This document shows, in pieces, positions 20,121 to 29,032 of a stretch of 64,000 bases of DNA. Both the position numbers and the translations under genes were made by a program. Below the pieces are notes generated by a model. That model was given only the letters and a program-made list of their open reading frames with translations. It ran no database searches and was not told where the DNA came from. Position 1 is the first letter of the stretch, and the number at the start of each line of letters is the position of its first letter. Origin of the DNA: Bacilli bacterium (GTDB lineage Bacteria > Bacillota_I > Bacilli_A > RF39 > UBA660); contig JAVBQF010000005.1 in the NCBI GenBank assembly GCA_031549195.1, positions 13,462-77,461 on the forward strand, in the 5' to 3' direction.

Positions 20121-20648
20121 TTAATTATAGCACATTCTTAGCTTTTTCTCCAGCTTATTTTGACATTTTGATACATTTCCTTGCTTACATCCTAATTCCT
20201 CTGCAAGTACCACCTGAGTCTTCTTATTACACCCTATTCCATATAAGTTTTTAATTAGATAACCATCTTCTTTATTAAGTACATTATCTAATAAATATTT
20301 AAGATAATTTAATTGTTCATCTAATATTATTTTTTCTAATATATCAGGTTTATTACTTTCTATAATATCTTCGATAGTTATGCCTTCTCCTATTTCAGTA
20401 CTTAAAGAAATACATATTAGTTTTGATTTCTTTAAAGTATGTAGTATTTGATTTCTAATACAAGTATAAGCATATGTAGAAAAAGATACATTCTTATCTT
20501 CTTTGAATGTATCTACTGCATTAATTAATCCTATTACTCCTTCATTGGTTAAATCTTCATAATCATTAGAATTAATTTTTATATTTAATTTCTTTAATAC
20601 AAAATAAACTAGAGATAAGTTATTTAAAATAATTTCATCTCTAGTCAT
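20121..20648 (-). CDS. Sigma-70 family sigma factor (phage/element-encoded, 175 aa)
   Basis: Region 2 NEGVIGLINAVDTFKEDKNVSFSTYAYTCIRNQI; region 4 HTH KKTQVVLAEELGCKQGNVSKCQNKLEKKLR. Confidence 0.7.
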   Translation of the reverse strand: MTRDEIILNNLSLVYFVLKKLNIKINSNDYEDLTNEGVIGLINAVDTFKEDKNVSFSTYAYTCIRNQILHTLKKSKLICISLSTEIGEGITIEDIIESNKPDILEKIILDEQLNYLKYLLDNVLNKEDGYLIKNLYGIGCNKKTQVVLAEELGCKQGNVSKCQNKLEKKLRMCYN

Positions 20649-21141
20649 TAGATTCTCCTATACAGGAATGAATAAATTTCTTCATCTCTTCTTGTTCTTC
20701 TAAAGTAGCGTTTTTGCTTTCACACCTAACTCCATTCCAAAGCATTACTCCATCAGTATCATAATCGATTATTTTATTATTTATATTATTTTTATAGTTA
20801 TTATTATGTCTATCTCTTGGAATAACCTTTTTATTATCTCTAGGAATAATATTACTATATTCCTTTGACCATACATCATCATTTAAAAAGATATACCTTT
20901 TACTTCTATTAGGTATATCTTTCTCATATTTAACATTTATTAATTTTAAATCTTTTAACTTTTTAATTGCTACTGATATAGCATTATTTTTAACACCATA
21001 CATATTAGCAAAATAGCTGTTAGTAGCATAGCAACATTTATTTATGTGACATAAAGCTGTTATTCTTTCAAAGATTAATTTATCTAGGAAAGATAATTCT
21101 TTAGTCTTATATACTTTTTCATCTACAATAGTGTAAATCAT
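20641..21141 (-). CDS. Winged-helix/HTH protein, phage replisome-organizer (DnaD-like N-terminal) type
   Basis: LSFLDKLIFERITALCHINKCCYATNSYFANMYGVKNNAISVAIKKLKDLKLI resembles N-terminal HTH of phage replication organiser proteins; overlaps sigma-factor start by 8 nt (operon). Confidence 0.5.
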   Translation of the reverse strand: MIYTIVDEKVYKTKELSFLDKLIFERITALCHINKCCYATNSYFANMYGVKNNAISVAIKKLKDLKLINVKYEKDIPNRSKRYIFLNDDVWSKEYSNIIPRDNKKVIPRDRHNNNYKNNINNKIIDYDTDGVMLWNGVRCESKNATLEEQEEMKKFIHSCIGESND

Positions 21142-21173
21142 TATATATTTAGTAATAATAAACTCCTAGATAG

Positions 21174-21344
21174 TTATTCATTAGAAAAGTCCTTATCTTT
21201 ATAACTATCATATTTTAATTTAGTAATATAACCTATCTCTAATAATTCAATCATTATTTTAGATATTGGTTTATTGTAAAACTTAGCCATTAGTTTTATT
21301 CTTTCAAATAATTCTAATCTAAGCCAAAATTCAAATCTCTTCAT
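21174..21344 (-). CDS. Small (56 aa) putative ribbon-helix-helix/regulatory protein
   Basis: ATG preceded by AAGGAGGAG RBS; MKRFEFWLRLELFERIKLMAKFYNKPISKIMIELLEIGYI... ; not in ORF track (below length cutoff). First ORF after the long leader. Confidence 0.4.
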   Translation of the reverse strand: MKRFEFWLRLELFERIKLMAKFYNKPISKIMIELLEIGYITKLKYDSYKDKDFSNE

Positions 21345-21817
21345 TTAACTCCTCCTTCTATTATGGACAATTATTTACTTTATTTTAGCAATATTTATAA
21401 AAGCAGGATAAGATGATTACGTAACTCTACTGATTATTACCTTATTTCATGAGAAATCAGCTTACGTAATTTCTTATTTTGCACTTGCAAAATTGTCCAT
21501 ATTGTTTGTTTTTTTTATCCATGATTTGAAACATTCCCTTGATTTAAAAGGAAATATAAGCTTTATAATTATCCATTCTAATATCCATAAACATACTTAC
21601 AATTAAAAAAGTATGGATATTTTCATTCATAACGATCACCTCCTAAAATACAAAATAATTTCATGAAAAAAGTGACCACTTCATTTAGTAATCACTTCAA
21701 CTTATAACTATTTCTATTATATCAAGCATAGCACCCCGCAATAGTTCATGCAACGCCTATTGCACTACGAATGCACTACTAATATGTATCTATATAAGTA
21801 CTATTTCGTGTGATACT

Positions 21818-21846
21818 ATATTATACTTATCACCGGTTCTTTTCAA
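21818..21846 (-). promoter_or_regulatory. Sigma-A-type promoter (TTGAAA-17nt-TAATAT) reading leftward into a ~470-nt leader
   Basis: Minus strand reads TTGAAAagaaccggtgataagtaTAATAT with exact 17-nt spacer; followed by GC-rich hairpins, an 8-codon uORF with perfect RBS, and two TTACGTAA palindromes before the RHH-like gene. Confidence 0.5.
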
Positions 21847-21883
21847 GCGCATTTCGGTTTTATTTGGCATGAATTCGGTTTAT

Positions 21884-22687
21884 TTAATTATTATTTGTAT
21901 ATTTACTTAATATTATATCTTTTTCATTTTTCAAATTTTCTATTTCTGAGTTTCTAAATGCACTTAGCAATAGTACAAAAATAAGATCCATCATTTCTAA
22001 TCTATCCTTATCTTTTAGATTATTGTATCTTAAGTCAGTTCTTTTCTTCTCATTGTGTCGAAATAAATTGTTTGAGATTTCTCCAATCAAATTACTGAGA
22101 TCTTTAGATACATTCCCCCTAATACTTTCAAACTTTTTATATATTAAAAATAATATTTTTTCTTTTTCTACAATATTAGTGCTAATTTTAAAGTCACAGT
22201 ACTCGATTAATAATTTTCCTGTATTTTCTGGGACAGTTTTCAACGTTGCATCAAGGTCAGCATTTTTTCTAATAAACACATAACCATCTTGATCAGTATT
22301 TGCTTTTGTTTCATATCCCATTTTTGAAAGAATGAAATGTATGTTATCAATTATTAATGTTTCTACTTTTTTTAATTCAGTGCTTATAGGGTAAAGTTTG
22401 TTAAGTTTATTATGAAAAATTATTATATTGAAGAGAAATTCCATTGTAAGCAAAGCTCTGTTCTCATTAGTCTTACTATATTTTTCTATCTTATCTTGAA
22501 ATTCCTTGCAATTTATGCATCCACATCGGTATTGCCACGAGCTAAAGCAAGTATAATCAATTTGTTCTGATGGTGATCCATAAGCCTGAACTCCTGCTAC
22601 ACCATTTATATAGAAAATTTCGTATAATTTCATTATTTCTTCATCCAAGTCAATATCCTTTGTATATAATTCAAAAATATTTTTCAT
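21884..22687 (-). CDS. Hypothetical protein (267 aa), possibly Abi-like
   Basis: Clean ORF, Cys cluster FSSWQYRCGCINCKEF near N-terminus; no assignable family. Confidence 0.5.
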   Translation of the reverse strand: MKNIFELYTKDIDLDEEIMKLYEIFYINGVAGVQAYGSPSEQIDYTCFSSWQYRCGCINCKEFQDKIEKYSKTNENRALLTMEFLFNIIIFHNKLNKLYPISTELKKVETLIIDNIHFILSKMGYETKANTDQDGYVFIRKNADLDATLKTVPENTGKLLIEYCDFKISTNIVEKEKILFLIYKKFESIRGNVSKDLSNLIGEISNNLFRHNEKKRTDLRYNNLKDKDRLEMMDLIFVLLLSAFRNSEIENLKNEKDIILSKYTNNN

Positions 22688-22782
22688 TTTTCCATCACCG
22701 CTTCCTTTAATAATTAATTTATTTTACTTACAATAATTACATCAGATTTAATTTCCATTCTATTTCATATAATTACTATTTT

Positions 22783-24654
22783 TTATCTACTACATCTTGA
22801 TTTAAAATATTTTTGAAGGTTTTTATCTTCACACCAAATATAGCAACCCTTCATTCCTCTAGTCATCAAAGTACGATATGTGTTTTTAATTATTAAGTCA
22901 GCTTGTTTTTGAGCTTCTATAGGATTTTCAGCCATTAATTTATTAATCCCTTTTAATGATTGATCTGTTTTAGCTCTTTTTGTATAATCAGTTACAATTT
23001 GTCCATTTTCATATCTTATATCTTTTCCAATTATAACCCCAACATAATCAAATTCTAAACCTTGACAAGTATGTATGCAACCCGCTTCATTAACTGAATT
23101 AGCATCTATTGCCCATGTTTGAGAATTACCTAAATTCCAGCTCATATTAAAGTCATATTCAGGAATAGTAATATCGTAAATTTCAGATTTGTTTTTTCCT
23201 TCACTTATCCAGTTCCAGCAATAACCAGCAACAACCCTAGATTTATTATTTATTCTATTTTTTTCTACTATTTGGTTTCTCAGTTCACATGGACTATCAA
23301 TTACTTTAAAATCATAATCATAGTCCATATCATCGAAATTAGCAGTATTTCTAATATCAAGCATTTGATCTAACCATGCTAGATATCCATCTGATCCATT
23401 ACATCTAAATTGGCTCTCTAAATCTACTATTTTTATGCCTGCTCCTAATTCATTAGCATATTTTTTTATTAGATCTACTGTTCCGACATCTTTCAAGGTT
23501 ACTTTTTGATTCTCATCAATAAAGAAAACTGAAAAGTTAGAGGCTTTAATTATTTCCTTAACTTGATTCTCTCCTAAATTTGAAAACAGTCCAGATTTAG
23601 CATTTAATCTATGGGCTTCATCTACAATCAAACAATTAATTTCATTGTTATCAGATTCAGTAAATGACCCTGATCCTTGAAATAGATTATTTATATATGT
23701 CATTTTAAATGTTCCTTTTAGCTTGTCTCTAAATACTGCTCTTGGAGCGCTATTTTTTGTGACATAAAAACTTGTCATGTTTCTTTTAGTAAATTCTACT
23801 AACAAATTTATAGCTAAAACAGATTTCCCTGTTCCAGGACCACCTTGAACAATAAATACTGTTTTATCATCTGCTGCAATAGTATCTATTGCTAATCTAA
23901 TTGCATCTTCATAAATAACTTTTTGTTCATCAATCATATTAAACTCTTTGCTTCCTTTTAACATCATTGATAAAGAGTCTTGAAGTCTCTTAGATGGTCT
24001 TATTCTTCCATTTTCAATTTTATATAAAAGTTCTCTATCATCACCTTCGAAAATATATCTTTTAATAAAAATTCTTAATTTATCAAAATCATTAGTACCA
24101 AATAATGGTGCAGCATCTATATACTCTTTATACTGCTCACTATTTATTGGATCACTTTCTTGTAAGTCATAATTATGTAGAAATGCACATGGATATAAGC
24201 CTATTTCTTCTAGCTGTACAGTTTCATTAAAATCTCGTATTAAATTAGCATAGCTCATTGCTTGATATGAAGGATGTGCAACTTCTCTTATTCCGTGGCC
24301 TGTATAAGTTGATACAATTCCATCTTTACCATCTACCGCTGTACACGTTTCCCATTGTTTTAGTTCAACAATAATTACTGAATCTTTTTTATTTTTATCC
24401 TTACCAGATAATATAAAGTCTATTCTTTTTGATGTTGTAGGAATATTAAATTCTATTGCAACTCCACAATTACCAGGTATTTCTCCATCATCTAAGACAC
24501 CTCTCATATATTGCATAGAATTCTTCCACGAATTTAATTGAGATTCACTTGTTTTTCCAAAAAAATGTTTATATTTATCATAAATCTTGTTAACAATCAA
24601 ATTTAAATTTACATCATTAATAAACTCAGATTTAATTCCTTCATATACTAGCAT
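22783..24654 (-). CDS. DUF2075/Schlafen-like nuclease-ATPase: N-terminal PD-(D/E)xK (Mrr-cat-like) domain fused to SF1-like P-loop helicase core (Nhi-like architecture)
   Basis: N-terminal DSVIIVELKQWE (D...ExK); Walker A FIVQGGPGTGKSVLA; Walker B CLIVDEAHRL; C-terminal VVAGYCWNW region typical of DUF2075 proteins. Confidence 0.7.
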   Translation of the reverse strand: MLVYEGIKSEFINDVNLNLIVNKIYDKYKHFFGKTSESQLNSWKNSMQYMRGVLDDGEIPGNCGVAIEFNIPTTSKRIDFILSGKDKNKKDSVIIVELKQWETCTAVDGKDGIVSTYTGHGIREVAHPSYQAMSYANLIRDFNETVQLEEIGLYPCAFLHNYDLQESDPINSEQYKEYIDAAPLFGTNDFDKLRIFIKRYIFEGDDRELLYKIENGRIRPSKRLQDSLSMMLKGSKEFNMIDEQKVIYEDAIRLAIDTIAADDKTVFIVQGGPGTGKSVLAINLLVEFTKRNMTSFYVTKNSAPRAVFRDKLKGTFKMTYINNLFQGSGSFTESDNNEINCLIVDEAHRLNAKSGLFSNLGENQVKEIIKASNFSVFFIDENQKVTLKDVGTVDLIKKYANELGAGIKIVDLESQFRCNGSDGYLAWLDQMLDIRNTANFDDMDYDYDFKVIDSPCELRNQIVEKNRINNKSRVVAGYCWNWISEGKNKSEIYDITIPEYDFNMSWNLGNSQTWAIDANSVNEAGCIHTCQGLEFDYVGVIIGKDIRYENGQIVTDYTKRAKTDQSLKGINKLMAENPIEAQKQADLIIKNTYRTLMTRGMKGCYIWCEDKNLQKYFKSRCSR

Positions 24655-24658
24655 AAAT

Positions 24659-24982
24659 TTACTCCTCTTCTAGTTTATTGTATTTTGTACTTTTCCCTTT
24701 CGACTTGTCTATGGGGTATTTCAATCTAGTTTTTTCTAGTTTTTCTAAAACAATATCTTCTAAATTAACATTTAATTTATTTGCAAGCAATATACAATAA
24801 TTAAGAACATCAGCTAATTCTTCGCAAACTTCATTATGGTCAAATTCAGAATTCCACTGAAAGCACTCCAATAGTTCTCCAGCTTCGATTGAAATTGATT
24901 TAGCTAGATTCTCTGCACTATGAAATTGATCCCAATCACGTTCTTGATTAAATTTAATTATTTCTTCTTTAACCTTATCCAT
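24659..24982 (-). CDS. MazG-like nucleoside triphosphate pyrophosphohydrolase (small all-alpha NTP-PPase)
   Basis: FNQERDWDQFHSAENLAKSISIEAGELLECFQW with downstream EELADVLNYCILLAN match MazG/HisE-type EExxE...D motifs; likely start at MDKVKEE (24982). Confidence 0.7.
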   Translation of the reverse strand: MDKVKEEIIKFNQERDWDQFHSAENLAKSISIEAGELLECFQWNSEFDHNEVCEELADVLNYCILLANKLNVNLEDIVLEKLEKTRLKYPIDKSKGKSTKYNKLEEE

Positions 24983-25090
24983 ACTACAAACATCCTCCAA
25001 TAATACTTTAATTATATCACAAAACCAGTCATTATCTCGACAAATAACGACCAATATTTATTTTTAATATCAAAAAAATCACTATTTTTA

Positions 25091-25297
25091 TTAAACGGTG
25101 ATTTTGTTATTTTTTTCTTTAATGTATTTATTATTATAATTACTTTTATCTGCAAAATATTCACATTTATTTGTTTCATTATCATAATTAGTTTTCATAA
25201 AATAAGATTGTAATTTTGCTGATTTTGCAACGTATCTAATACAGTTCCTTTTTAAAGGGCACTCTTCTCCTAAGCACATTGTTATATCTAAATCCAT
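25091..25297 (-). CDS. Small Cys-rich (zinc-ribbon-like) protein, 68 aa
   Basis: MCLGEECPLKRNCIRY...NKCEYF four-Cys arrangement; tightly packed between fic and mazG-like genes. Confidence 0.4.
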   Translation of the reverse strand: MDLDITMCLGEECPLKRNCIRYVAKSAKLQSYFMKTNYDNETNKCEYFADKSNYNNKYIKEKNNKITV

Positions 25298-25313
25298 ACT
25301 ACTCCTCTTATTT

Positions 25314-26159
25314 TTAATCTATATTAGAATCTTCAATGACTAAATCATTATTACTCAATTTATTTATTCCATTATTAAGTAGGTTCTCAAAAAATTTTAT
25401 TAAATATTCGTTTGTTTGATATATATTTTTAGACCTATTAGAATAATTACTTCTAACTAAAGCATTTCTAAAATATAAGGAATGTTCTTTAAATAAATCA
25501 TTGTTAACATTATATCCAAGACTTCTTAAATATTTTTCTATCATAACTGCAACAGTTCTAGTATTCCCTTCTCCAAAAGGATGAACTTGCCAAATACTTG
25601 AAGTAAATATCGCAATATGTTCTATTTGTTCTTGTATAGTTAATTTAGAATAATCATATCCCATTTCTTGCTTAAAATCATATTCATAGGTTCTTTCAAT
25701 TTCATTATAATCCGCATAAACAACTGTATCATTTTGTAATATAGGTTCATCTTTTGTAATATTATAAGTTCTATACTTTCCTGCAAAATCATAAATACCT
25801 TTGAATAAGTATTCATGTATTGATTGCAATGTTATTGGCCTTAATGAAAAGCTATTATCATTTAATAATTCAACTATTCTAGTTGAAACTAAATCACATT
25901 CTTGTTCATTAGCTATTTTTATATCACTTAAGTCTTTAGTTTTATAATAACTATGAAGAGACTCCTCTACTTCATAGTTAGTTATTTCGCCCTCCACGTT
26001 TTTATTAACTAATTCTTTTAGATAATTAGAAGGAGTCAAACCATCGACTTGTTGTAATCCAATTGCCATATTCCAATATAATTGTTTCACATAGCTATCT
26101 TTTGTTTCATCAATCTTTTTATATTCAATCTCATCGTTCATCTTAATTACTCCTTTCAT
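25314..26159 (-). CDS. Fic/Doc family protein (AMPylation/adenylyltransferase fold)
   Basis: Canonical Fic motif HPFGEGNTRTVAV (HxFx(D/E)GNGRxxR). Confidence 0.8.
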   Translation of the reverse strand: MKGVIKMNDEIEYKKIDETKDSYVKQLYWNMAIGLQQVDGLTPSNYLKELVNKNVEGEITNYEVEESLHSYYKTKDLSDIKIANEQECDLVSTRIVELLNDNSFSLRPITLQSIHEYLFKGIYDFAGKYRTYNITKDEPILQNDTVVYADYNEIERTYEYDFKQEMGYDYSKLTIQEQIEHIAIFTSSIWQVHPFGEGNTRTVAVMIEKYLRSLGYNVNNDLFKEHSLYFRNALVRSNYSNRSKNIYQTNEYLIKFFENLLNNGINKLSNNDLVIEDSNID

Positions 26160-26273
26160 AAGTTATATATATTATATCATTTTTAAAGCAATAAATATAC
26201 TTTATACATCGAATTAAGTATCAAAAAAGTCACGACTTTCGTGACTTAAATTCGATTTATTAGATAAATACTT

Positions 26274-26591
26274 TTATATTATGATTGGTAATACGTTTAA
26301 TGCTGTCAATAGTAGCATTAGTAAATACATTACTCCTAGTGTTACCATATAAATAAAGAAATAAATTATAGAACCTAAAGTTGGATTGCTTCCTCTATCA
26401 TAAAACTTTCCAGTTATAAAATAACTAATAGCCCATAATATAGAATATAATGATACTACTTCCAAAAGAATATTATTATAAATTGGATTCTTTAATATCG
26501 GAATATTATCAATAGTGCAATAACACAAATAAGCTCTTATTAAAAAACTAATTCCGCTAACGATTGGATACATAATTACCAGACCTCCCAT
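26274..26591 (-). CDS. Small membrane protein (3 TM), hypothetical
   Basis: 105-aa hydrophobic ORF directly downstream of recombinase gene. Confidence 0.35.
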   Translation of the reverse strand: MGGLVIMYPIVSGISFLIRAYLCYCTIDNIPILKNPIYNNILLEVVSLYSILWAISYFITGKFYDRGSNPTLGSIIYFFIYMVTLGVMYLLMLLLTALNVLPIII

Positions 26592-26636
26592 TTAGTTAAT
26601 TATTATATCATAAAACTAAAGGAATCTAGCCGTTTT

Positions 26637-28079
26637 TTAAAATTCTAGCTTAGTAATTACTACTTCATTACCTTCTTTTTTTACGCTTATTACTTTAACA
26701 AATCTTTCTAAAAAGTTCTTCTTTTCTTTATTAGTTAAATATTGCCAATTAAGTTTAATACTATTAACTATACCTGATATATCTTCTAATTCTATTGATT
26801 CTTCAATAGGCTCTTCTATAGTATTTATTTCATTTAATATTTTTTCTTTTTTATCGTTAAGCTCTTTAAGTAATAATTGATATTCATCTACTGGTAATTG
26901 ATCACTCATAAATAGATTTCTAGTCTCATTCTTTTTATTTTCTATTCTATTTAATTCTCTATTTAATTTATCTTTTATTTGTTTAATGTCAATTACTTCT
27001 TTAGATTTTAGTTCTATATCTTTTAAATCTACTTTAAAGTTTTCTATATTATCTAGATATTTTAGAAATACTTCTTCTAATTTATTGTGTGAAAATCCAG
27101 GTGCTTTGCATGTACCATTATAATGGCCATTACAAGCGTATGTGATGTACTTCTTGCCCTTTTGTATTTGCTGTCTCGCATGATACTTAGAACCACATAT
27201 ATCACACCTTAGACTATGAAAGAAGTATGTATCATCGCTAGAATATTTTTTAGTATGAAATTGTTTTCTTTTCTTTAACATATCCTGGGCATTATTCCAT
27301 AAATCAAGTTCTAATATTGATTCTATGTTTTTACCAACAGTCTCAAATTTTTTTAATTTATTATTACTATTTACTGCATATCTAACATTACCAATATAAA
27401 GAGGATTAGTTAAAATACTTCTAATAGTAGATTGACTCCATTTCCCACCTCTTTTAGTTGGTGTTTTATTTTTGTTTAATTCCTTACAAATAGATAGCAT
27501 AGAATCTCCATTTAAATAAGATTCATAAATATCTTTTACAATTATCTTTTCTTCTTCATTAACTTCTAACCCTTGTCCTATTATGTAGTTATATCCATAC
27601 ACTCCATTGGTATTTGTATAATTACCTTCTCTTGTTTTTTGTTCATAGCCAAATGCTACTCTTTCTGCTAAATTCTCTCTTTCAAATTCTGCGAATATTC
27701 CTAGCATTTTTACAAACATTCTTCCTACTGCATTCGTAGTATCAATTTTCTCTGTTTGTGAGTTAAATGAGCAATTATGACTTTCAAATAGATTAATTAA
27801 ATTAATTAAGTCTGCAACACTTCTTGTTAGTCTATCTAGTTTATAAACTAATATATTTCTAATCTTACCAGCTTTAACATCATTAATTAATCTATTCACT
27901 TCTGGCCTATCTTTAGTATTCTTTCCACTTATACCATCATCAATATAATAATCATGTATATCCCAGTCATTTAATTCAGCATATTTAGTTAGTTTTTCTT
28001 TTTGAGCATTAATAGAAAATCCTTCTTTAGCTTGATCTTCAGTTGATACTCTCATGTATATCGCGGTAGCTGTATTCAT
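26637..28079 (-). CDS. Large serine recombinase (resolvase/invertase catalytic domain plus recombinase and zinc-ribbon domains; SpoIVCA/CisA/phage-integrase type)
   Basis: N-terminal AIYMRVSTEDQAKEGFSINAQ (catalytic Ser), DRLTRS motif, central recombinase domain, Cys-rich zinc ribbon CDICGSKYH...CNGHYNGTC, C-terminal coiled coil. Confidence 0.9.
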   Translation of the reverse strand: MNTATAIYMRVSTEDQAKEGFSINAQKEKLTKYAELNDWDIHDYYIDDGISGKNTKDRPEVNRLINDVKAGKIRNILVYKLDRLTRSVADLINLINLFESHNCSFNSQTEKIDTTNAVGRMFVKMLGIFAEFERENLAERVAFGYEQKTREGNYTNTNGVYGYNYIIGQGLEVNEEEKIIVKDIYESYLNGDSMLSICKELNKNKTPTKRGGKWSQSTIRSILTNPLYIGNVRYAVNSNNKLKKFETVGKNIESILELDLWNNAQDMLKKRKQFHTKKYSSDDTYFFHSLRCDICGSKYHARQQIQKGKKYITYACNGHYNGTCKAPGFSHNKLEEVFLKYLDNIENFKVDLKDIELKSKEVIDIKQIKDKLNRELNRIENKKNETRNLFMSDQLPVDEYQLLLKELNDKKEKILNEINTIEEPIEESIELEDISGIVNSIKLNWQYLTNKEKKNFLERFVKVISVKKEGNEVVITKLEF

Positions 28080-28330
28080 AGTAAGTCCTCCTATTTATCT
28101 ATTAAATAGTTGTACTTCTTTCTTTTAATATTCTTGGAACACTGGTATTCATAAAAAATTTCATAATTTCTATTTGTAGTTCTTTTGGTAGTTTAATCTT
28201 CATAAACATTCCTCCATTCACTACATTATAGAAGTTTTAAAATTAAATATTCCTCCTTTTTCTTTGTTCCAAAAATACAACACCCGTTTATAACCTTATT
28301 TTATAATGGTTTACAGGCGTTATTGTAATA

Positions 28331-28978
28331 TTAATATACGACTTTATTGGTATTAACAAGCCAAAACTTATTTGGAGTATCTGTTCTTAAATAGTCTTCA
28401 TAGACAGATGAGAACTTTAATATATCTTCATGCTTTAATAATTCTTTTGCAATCATTGCTACATCGTATGCAGTTGAATAATGACTATCTTCATCTAAAC
28501 CGGTACTATTTTTAAACACGGTGTTTTTTAAACCCAATTCTTTTACTTTATCGTTCATTAACTTAACAAAGTTATCTTCACTACCTCCAATACGTTCTGC
28601 TAAAGCAACAGCTGCATCATTAGCACTGGCCATAGAAAGCCCCTTAAACAGATCTCTTACTGTCATAACTTCACCTGGCTGTAACCATATTTGGGTCCCA
28701 CCCATGTCAGCAGCCTTCTTACTTGCAGTTACCTTTTCTTCCCACGACAATGTACCATCTTCTATATGCTCTAAAATTATTATTTGCCCCATCATTTTAG
28801 TTAGTGACGCTATTGCAACTTTTTCATGTATATTTTTCTCATATAAAATATCTCCAGTCGATGCCTCAATTAGTATTCCACTTTTAGCATTCTTAATTAC
28901 ATCTTCTTCAGCATAAACATTAGGAATGATAAGAACAAACAACAGAAATGCTAACAATAACTTTTTCATAAAATTCAC
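28331..28978 (-). pseudogene. dacF: dacF-like D-alanyl-D-alanine carboxypeptidase, N-terminal fragment (signal peptide, SxxK, SxN) ending at element junction
   Basis: Signal peptide MNFMKKLLLAFLLFVLIIPNVYA, active-site ASLTKMM (SxxK) and SANDAA (SxN); frame terminates at ...FWLVNTNKVVY* with no KTG box; remainder found at 16942..17469. Confidence 0.7.
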
Positions 28979-29032
28979 CTCACTAATAAATATGACAATT
29001 TTTGCATATATATTATTAAATTAGGTGATCAT

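Larger units (their letters stand above)
17461..28340. mobile_element. About 10.9-kb integrated element (serine-recombinase type) inserted within dacF; boundaries approximate
   Basis: dacF reading frame is interrupted between ...FWLVNTNK (28.3 kb) and LVRFYEGADGLKTG (17.46 kb); intervening DNA encodes a large serine recombinase at the right end plus phage/satellite-like and defense-like genes, all on the minus strand. Confidence 0.65.
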
